DNA from: the human T2T-CHM13v2.0 reference genome, Homo sapiens
Direction: 5' to 3' (one strand)
Assembly (NCBI RefSeq): GCF_009914755.1
Contig: NC_060926.1
DNA: 64,000 nt
In this document: piece by piece, positions 56,564 to 64,000 of the stretch
Numbering within the stretch: position 1 is the first letter of the stretch
How the letters are laid out: each line of letters opens with the position of its first letter
Made by a program: the position numbers and the translations under genes
The notes under the pieces: model-generated
What the model was told of the DNA's origin: nothing
Database searches by the model: none
Seen by the model: the letters and a program-made list of their open reading frames with translations, nothing else

Positions 56564-57339
56564 CACCCTGCCCCACTCCGCCCCACCAGAAGTAGGCAAG
56601 TTCTGGGGATGGGCTCTCTGGAAGGGTGGTGGGCTGGCACTGTTTGACAGATTGGTGGTGAACCTGGGGAGCTGACCATTCTTTTAGCTCTTCATTCATT
56701 CAACCAGGAACTTTGACAGCCTTCCCCAGGCTGGCCAGGCCCTATTCCTGTGGCTTCTCAGTGATGAAGACTTGACAAGGGTCCTCATTTGAAAACGATC
56801 CAACAGCAAGAGCATCTCTGACAGGAAGTAGCTCCTTCCTCCCAAAGAGCACCGCTCACCTCCAGAATCCACTCTCTCTGGAGCCCCCACTTGGTGCCCA
56901 GCCTGGTGGTCTGGCACTAGCTCCCGCCGCCAGTGTTGACTGAATGAAAGGACAAAGCTGTAGATGGGAGGAATGGAGGAAAATCAGGAGAGGGCTAAAG
57001 CGCACAGGCCCCTAACTTTTTGGTGAGCCCATGGCCAGTGTTGGGCAGCAAGTACTGTCCCAGTCCAGTGAGCCCTTTCTGCTGCAGGATGGGGGATTCC
57101 GGGGCTCCATGGGTGCCGGGGCCTGGGGGCATCCCCTGAACCTCAGTGCCCTGTGCATTTAGTTCCTTCTCTCCTGGAAGTTGTCTCTGTAGAAGGACCC
57201 CTCCAGGCCCTAGAGACCTGGCCCAGCGCTCCCAGCTACTGGGGAGTTGTCCATGCTCACCCTAGGTGACAATGAGGGTTTAACACTAGGTCCTTCTAGG
57301 AAATAACTTACAGAAGGCAAGCTCAGAGTCTTGCCCCTG

Positions 57340-57630
57340 CAGTGCTCATGCATGTGCGTGCATGCATGTACACATGTGCTGTGCGGCTGTGTGAGAGCGT
57401 GTGTGTGTTTGGGCACATTTGTGAATGTAGGGGTGTGTCTGTGACTGCTTCTGTGTGCATTTGCTTGCGTCTGTATGTGAGTGCATTTCTGAGTGTGCAT
57501 GTGTTTGGGAGTGTGCGTCTCTGCCTGTTTGGGAGTGTGTTGGGAATGTGTGTCTGCTTGTGCATGGGCTTTAAGTGTGTGGAAGTTTGGGTGCACAAAC
57601 ACTGTGTGTGTGTGTGCATGTGCATGTGTG
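57340..57630. repeat. Degenerate (TG/TGCA)n low-complexity tract
   Basis: About 290 bp dominated by TG dinucleotides. Confidence 0.85.
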
Positions 57631-58369
57631 GGCACAGCCTCTAGAAGGCAGCATGACTGGATGGGTCCTGGCTGACAAGTAGGTGCCTGCTGCCTCCTGT
57701 CCCCTCATTTTGGCCCTGCAGAAGGAGGGAGCTGCCTGGGTCATGCTGACTGAGAGGAAGCCTGGTGCTCAGTTCTCCTGGCCCCAGCCCCTAGTGATAA
57801 TCACTGTTTTCGGGTTGTATTCAGGGATCCAAATCACAAAGAATATAGCTTGGCGGCTCCTAGAATTGAACACCTCGGTGGCCCCATATGAGGCTTCCAT
57901 GTTCCCAGCACCCAGCTCCAAACACAAACACATCCACTGTTCTCCCTGATGGCTGCCTTTCCATCCCCCACCCCCAGCCTCCTCCTGTCCAGGCCTTGCC
58001 TGGCTGTCTCTTGCTGGAATGCCTCATCTGCCCCCATCTCCTACCCTTCCATGCCCTGTGGTGGGTCCCCGAGCACGGGGCCCAGCTTCAGGACCCATAG
58101 GGGTTTAGCTGTCTGTCTTCCCAGTTGGACCAGGAGTGCACTGAGGGTGGGAGCAGTGTTTTGTGTGTGTGTCTCATCTTGGTGCCTGATGCAGGCATCA
58201 GGGGACCCAGGAGCTGTTGCTGATCACTGGATGACACCAGGGAAGGTGCTCTGTATTTGGGATTTGGGCTGCCATTGCTGGACGACAGCCACACGCTGCC
58301 TGCTTCCTGACAGCCAGGAATGATGTGAGGTGGGACATGGGTGCAGTTTCTGGCTTGCCTCTCTCGTGC

Positions 58370-58530
58370 TCTGAGGTCTTGGGCAAGGCAGTGAACCTCA
58401 GGGACCCTCAATTTCCTCATTGTGAATTAAGCTGGTAGCACAGAGCGTTGTGCAGCTCAGGGATGGTCACCAATGGAAAGTGCTCAGCAGCGGGCCAGGT
58501 GCCTGTTGGGTGTTCTCAAACTATAATGAT
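58370..58530 (+). mobile_element. MIR
   Basis: cttgggcaaggcagtgaacctc...cctcaatttcctcattgtgaa...aaagtgctcagca. Confidence 0.6.
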
Positions 58531-59059
58531 TATGTTTGGGCTCAGCCATCAGTGCTGACCACCTACCCTCCAGGCTGCTGGGACCTGGTGGAAGGGGCCT
58601 CCTCTGCATGCCCACCACACCGTCCACGCCCTTAGACTCCCACCTGCCGAGCCTGAGTTAACTCTTTGAGCTCAGAGCCTAGTTATGACATCCATTTTTG
58701 CCCCACTTGCCCAGGCCCAGACTCACCAGGAATCTGCATTTTGTCTGGCTGCCTGTGGCTCTGTGGCAGCGAATCAGAGACTTTTGGAAAGCCTGCCAGA
58801 GTGAACCTGAAAGGCAGCCATGGATACCACCCTGGGGTACGTTGGTGGGCTCTGCCTGTGTCCTGGCTTTGCAGGATCTCAGCCCTCTTCACTGTGCTCT
58901 GCATGAGGAGGCGGGCCGGCACAGAGAGTGGTGGCAGCAGCTCAGGCAGGACCCTTCCCTGTGTCGCTCAGCCCATTGGCAGGTGTCCAGCACGTGCCGC
59001 TTGGGTTCAGCACTCTTCTGGGCCCAAGGAATGAGAGCTATGCTGTGCGATTGGGGCGG

Positions 59060-59145
59060 ACACTTGCCTTGCTCCTCACCAGCTCTGTGACCTCGGGCAA
59101 ATGGCTTCAGGTTTCTGAGGCTTGGCCTCCGCATCTGTAAAATGA
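59060..59145 (+). mobile_element. MIR core
   Basis: agctctgtgacctcgggcaaatggcttc...tctgaggctt...catctgtaaaatg. Confidence 0.7.
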
Positions 59146-60409
59146 CTGGTGAGGCTGGCTGTTTTCCAAGCGTCCTTCCTTTCAACTTAGAGTTCTTGAT
59201 TCTAAGGGGTCGATCAAAGGCCTTCCTTCTCAAAGACTTTTGCCATCTTCTGTGAAGACAGAAGATGTTTCTGTTGAAAGCCAGTGCTCTGGGAGAGTAG
59301 TGTGACTTAGTGCGGCTCTGACTGCCCTTCCAGTCGGGAGGCTGTGAGTCATTGGGCTGGAGCCCAGAGCTGTCTTAGGGGGCCTTCTGCCTGTCCCAGC
59401 CTTAGGCTGTCTGATGCAGACCTTGTGGCCACAGGGTCTGTGACTAGCAGCATTCAGATGCTCAGCCAAGCACTGAGTCTTCTGCCTTCCAGAGGGGCCA
59501 CTGGGCTTGCTGGACCAGGACTCCTCAAAGTTAGAAGGGGAGTGGAAGCCAGCAACCAAGTAGGTGGTGTGGCCCTCCCCACTTCCTCCATGGCCAACGC
59601 CCACGGTGCTTGCAGACTGCACAGTCGTATTTTATGCCTCCAGTGCTTGGATTTGTATAACTCTCTCCTGACTGGCCTCCCTGCTGTCAGGCCATCCTTG
59701 TTTTCGGAGTGACCCCTGTCAAATGCTATGAGGTCATGCTACTCCCTGACTTAAACTCCCATTGCCTAACGCACACAGATGGAGGGGGATGCAGGGTGAT
59801 GGAGGCTGGGTTTTGTCTCTGTGCTAGGGCAGTTTGATTGATAGAGATTGCCTGGTGCCCTGAGTGAGAAGGACCCCAGGGGCTGCTGGGAGAAGCACTG
59901 TGATTGATTAGCAATGCCTGCCTTGGACCAGGAGAGGGTAGACAGTGCTGGTCCTGTGTGAACCTCAAGACTGGATGCCATTCAAATTCTTGGGTAACCC
60001 GCAAGGTCTCCTTTCTCTGAGGAGCCTTCCCTCCCCATCTCCAGCTCCCCAAGACTCAGCACCCTGTTCTGCAAGTCACTATTGGTCTTGTGTTTTGTTT
60101 GTTTGTTTCCACTCAGCAAGCCTCCAGAGGTCATAGAGCACACTTGTTTTGCTTTCTATATGGGCTAGTGTGGAGCCTCGCAGCCAGGGAGCACACCAGC
60201 ATCATCAATGGCAGAGGGAATGTTTTAACTCTGAGTCCCCAGGAGCACCCCGGCTGCCCACTCCTGGCTGAGTGATAGGAAGGAGGCCTGCTGAGCCCTT
60301 CGGGCCTGGCCATAGGCCCAGAGGTTCCCAGGTCTGCCTGCCTGACCCTTGGCCCTTGTTGGAGAAGGCGGAATGAATATCTTCTGCTGTGGACAAATGT
60401 TTTAAGAGT

Positions 60410-60945
60410 ATATTCCTAATAATTATAAACAATTTGTGCTCAAGGTAATAATGTAGAAGTTCAGGAAAACATAGATGAAGAAGAAAGAAGCCATTGACCG
60501 TGGCATTCTTCAGCAGCAATGCTGGTAAGAGGCACATTTCCTTCTGGGGCCTCTTCTCCAGCATGCAGCCACCGTTAGGACAGCCTCCTGCATTTGCAAC
60601 TTTGCATCTGGGTTTCAAATTCTTGGGTACCCCGCAAGGTCTCCTTCCTCTGAGGAGCCTTCCCTCCCCTCTCCTTGATATTTTAGCATAAACCCTTCCC
60701 ATGTTATTATATCAATGTGTAAATATTGCTCTCAATGTCTGATATCCCATTGTGTGGACATGCCGTGATTACTTAACCAGCCCCTTATTTTTGGCCATTT
60801 GCAGTTGTTTTCACTATTTTGACAGTATGTGCTTTCCTGTGACAAACAACTTTGTGGTGACAGCTCTTTTGAGGTCCCTGTGGAGTAGACTGCTCGAAGT
60901 GTAACAAGTGGGTCAGAGTGAGAACTTTGTTAAGCTCTGAATAAG
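60410..60945 (-). mobile_element. Old L1ME-like fragment
   Basis: tatcccattgtgtggacatgccgtgattacttaaccagcccctt...ggccatttgcagttgttttcactatttt. Confidence 0.55.
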
Positions 60946-61591
60946 TCTTTTGGGGGAAAAGGGGAGAAAGAGCCAGTCTTAGAGCGTAGGCCTGTAGCAT
61001 CCGGGCCCGGGTAGGATATCGGTGTGCCTGATGGTGAGTGGCATTCTGAGACTCTGCTTTTCTGAGAGGAAAGCCAAGCCCTGCAGTGTGAGGGGGAAGA
61101 ATCCCACACATTATGTGTGGCATCCTGTCACCCGCGGTGACAGCCCAGGCAGGGATGGGAAAGCCGTTGGGGGCTCCTCATTCAGGCACTGCAGCCTGAC
61201 GTGCTGATGTTGGCCTTGTCCCTGCTTTCAGATGCCATGCCGGCCCCTGATGCTGTCTGCGGCTGCCAGCTGTGCCAGGCTGGGCATTGGTTGGTGCTGA
61301 AGAGGGATGATAGGCCCTGCGCGTCTGTTGCGTGCTTGGGTACAGTAGCGGCACAGTATCTGCCCTCAGGTAGCCCCCAGTTGGCTGTGGGGTGAGGGAA
61401 GTGATTGGGCCAGCAGAACTGCATGTGCATAGTCGCAGGTGGCAGGTGGCAGGCAGCACGGCCTTGGGGCTCAAAGTGGGGCAGGATAATGAGCTCAGCC
61501 AGGCCGCTTCATGGAGGGGGAGATGTGCTTCAGCGGTGTTGGAGGCTCATTAGGAGCTTGCTGGGTTGTGCCTCCTGGCCAGGGGGACCTC

Positions 61592-61743
61592 ACCTACCTA
61601 CCTCCCTTCCCTCCCTCCCTGCCTCCCTCCTTCCTTCCTTCCTTCCTTCCTTCCTTCCCTCCCTCCCTCCCTCCCTCCTTCCCTCCCTCCTTCCCTCTCT
61701 CCTTCCCTCTCTGGCTTCCTCCCCCCTTTCTTCCCTCCCTTCC
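61592..61743. repeat. (CCTT)/(CCCT)n polypyrimidine microsatellite
   Basis: ccttccttccttcc...ccctccctccct directly visible. Confidence 0.92.
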
Positions 61744-62000
61744 ATCATCCACTACCCTTCACTTACAAGCAGCCCAATTTCAAGGTGAGGAGCAGGCACC
61801 CCGATAGGATGTGAGGATTTAGAAGTGCATTGGAGGCAGTGTGGATGCGGCCGCCCTGCTGTCTGTCCAGATCTCAACCCAGAGTCTGGCTGAACTGGGC
61901 CTTCCATTCACCAATAACTAGTACAAGTGAAAGATGCTCTGCTGAGAAATCTGGCAGCTTTGGGTGCATTTGAGGTAAAGACTGCATCCCCTCCCTGCTG

Positions 62001-62232
62001 TTTTTGTAAATAACTGCTTTATTGAGATGTAATTCGCGTACCATAAAATTCACCCTCTTAAAGTGTACAATTCACTGCTTTTTAGAATATTAACAAAGCT
62101 GAATAACCACCACCACTATCTAAACCACTATCACCACATATCTAAGTTCTACACATTTTTATCACCCTCTCAAAAAACCCTATACCCATTAGCAGTCGCT
62201 CCCCATCCCTGGCAGCCACTAATTTACTATCT
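62001..62232 (-). mobile_element. L1MB-type 3' terminus
   Basis: ctttattgagatgtaattc...accataaaattcaccctcttaaagtgtacaattca...cccattagcagtc...ggcagccactaat. Confidence 0.85.
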
Positions 62233-63924
62233 AAGATGACACCTTTTCATGTGTATTTATTTGCACAAATTCCTAGACAGGAAGTGGAAAATTGGTAACC
62301 CGTGGCCTGGTCATCACCAGGCTGTTTTACTATACAGGAAAATTGAAATAAAACCCCTGTTCTTGACTTTTTTGAGGGTTTGGTTTACTGAGTCCTCATC
62401 CTTGTGTGGGAAAAGCTGGCCAGAGGGGAGCAGCAGCTGTCTGCTTTTGACAAGGCCTGTGTGCTCCAGTTTGCCACAGTCCTCACCACTCCCTATTGCC
62501 CCAGGCTTGCCAGCCCTGCTGCATGACTCCATTGGTATGGGAACTGGCAGTCCTTGCCTGAGACCTTTGCTTCCTCTGAGGGGTGACACACTGTCAGCTG
62601 TTTGCCAGCCTTTGCACCCCAGATCCTTTTCTGTGATGTGGCCCCCTGCCCAAAGCCCGGGCTCCCATGAGAGCCCACCAGACTCATGCCAGCCTTAAAA
62701 TCTCTTTTCCCAAGAGCTAGTCTGTGTGGGTGGTCCAGGAAGCATCCTCCATGTCCATCTCTACACTTGGAAATGCTGCCCCTTGCCAGGACTGGTCGAC
62801 ATAGGGACGTGGGTATGCCGGGACCTTGTTGTCTTGCCCACTTTCCTACCTATCACCTCCCCTTCTGTGACAGCTCCTCCACTCCACACTAATTTAAGCT
62901 TTGTGTAGATATGGGCCCGCTCAGCATTTCAAGCCATTTAACCTGCTGTGATTGAAGCTGTGGCAATTAAATTTTAATTGAGATGCACGCTGCTTAAGCA
63001 GACACAAGACAGCTACAGCTATTGCTAATTAATTTTCTTCCGAAATGACAACATTTAATAATTATGCTTCGTGACGCGTGTGTTATTTATGTAGCCTCAC
63101 CTCTCCCGGTGCCGTTCAGTGGTGTCCATCAGGGGTAGTTGGTGGTGGTGTCACGTGTGCCTGCTGGATGGCTTCTGATGCGAACAGTGCGCTAATGCTC
63201 CGGAGGTGCTGAGACGCCCTTCCTGGCGTTTGAAAGAGCCCCCCAGTGCCTGCCTCGGGGTGGAGGCATTTTGCTCCCCCATGCACCTCTCAGCAGAGCG
63301 CCGAAGGGTTCTCACTAGGGAGAGTACCCCCCAGAGTAATTAAGAGCCCCTGGTTTGCTTAGTTAGGGAATGGCCTTCCTAGTTAAAAAACCTGATCCTC
63401 CAAGGCAGGGGAGCAGAGCGCTAGAGAGAGCCTGGGGTCTGGAACTCTCTGTGGACTTGGGTTTGGAACATGAGGGTGGGCATGCTGTCAGAGCTTCCTC
63501 ACCTATAAGGTGGGAAGGGGAGTGTTCCCCTGGGGGGAATGTGAGGCTGGCAGATTCCATATGCCATGTCGTACAGGGGCACAGGGGATGGGCAGGAGGC
63601 ATCAGCCAAGTAACAGCAGACCCGGCCTTCCCCCGGGCTCCCATCCCTTTGTGTTCTGCGGCCCTGGACCCCAGGCCTCCTCTAACGCTCTCGCCCTGGC
63701 TGGCACAAATCGCTTTCCTGGGCTTAGCCTGCCCAGGGGCTGGGATGGTCCCATCAGCAAGGCAGGGCCCCAGCTAGCCCTCTGAACTGGATGCTGTTTT
63801 TCCAGGGATGGAAGCTCCTGAGCCCGGACCACCCCCATCAGGTGCCTGGGCAGGTGAGGGATGAGATGGCAGGAGGCGATGGCATGGAGCACCTTCTGGG
63901 CACTGGGCCTTGACACATATTGAC

Positions 63925-64000
63925 ACATTTAATCTTCGCAGCACCGGACATGTTGTTCCCGCTTTCTAGATGGGAAACTGAGGGTCAGAGAGGTTGGGTT
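63925..64000 (-). mobile_element. MIR (runs off the window)
   Basis: catttaatcttcgcagca...tagatgggaaactgagggtcagagaggtt. Confidence 0.65.

Overview
Primate, most likely human, genomic DNA with no supportable protein-coding exon. A CpG island at about 23.0-25.4 kb holds a non-coding first exon (about 23586-24003, + strand, donor G|GTAAAG at 24004). I recognise it from memory as the 5' exon of GLI2, the Hedgehog-pathway zinc-finger transcription factor. If so, bases 1-23 kb are upstream and 24-64 kb are intron 1, and the ATG-bearing exon 2 is not in the window. The rest is the usual mammalian repeat mosaic (Alu, MIR, L2, old L1, MaLR/ERVL LTRs, hAT remnants, microsatellites), a second CpG island (about 29.3-29.9 kb) and several enhancer-like blocks. 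I found no new biological system. Best observations: an apparent ancient L1 3'-transduction bounded by an 18-bp TSD (40787-41871), a probable Alu-Alu gene-conversion tract across 27 kb, three uORFs in exon 1, a SOXE-dimer palindrome in the second CpG island, a TSD-flanked 300-bp AT-rich insert and a 56-bp locally templated insertion. Repeat subfamily names are from recalled consensus features and need RepeatMasker/Dfam confirmation.
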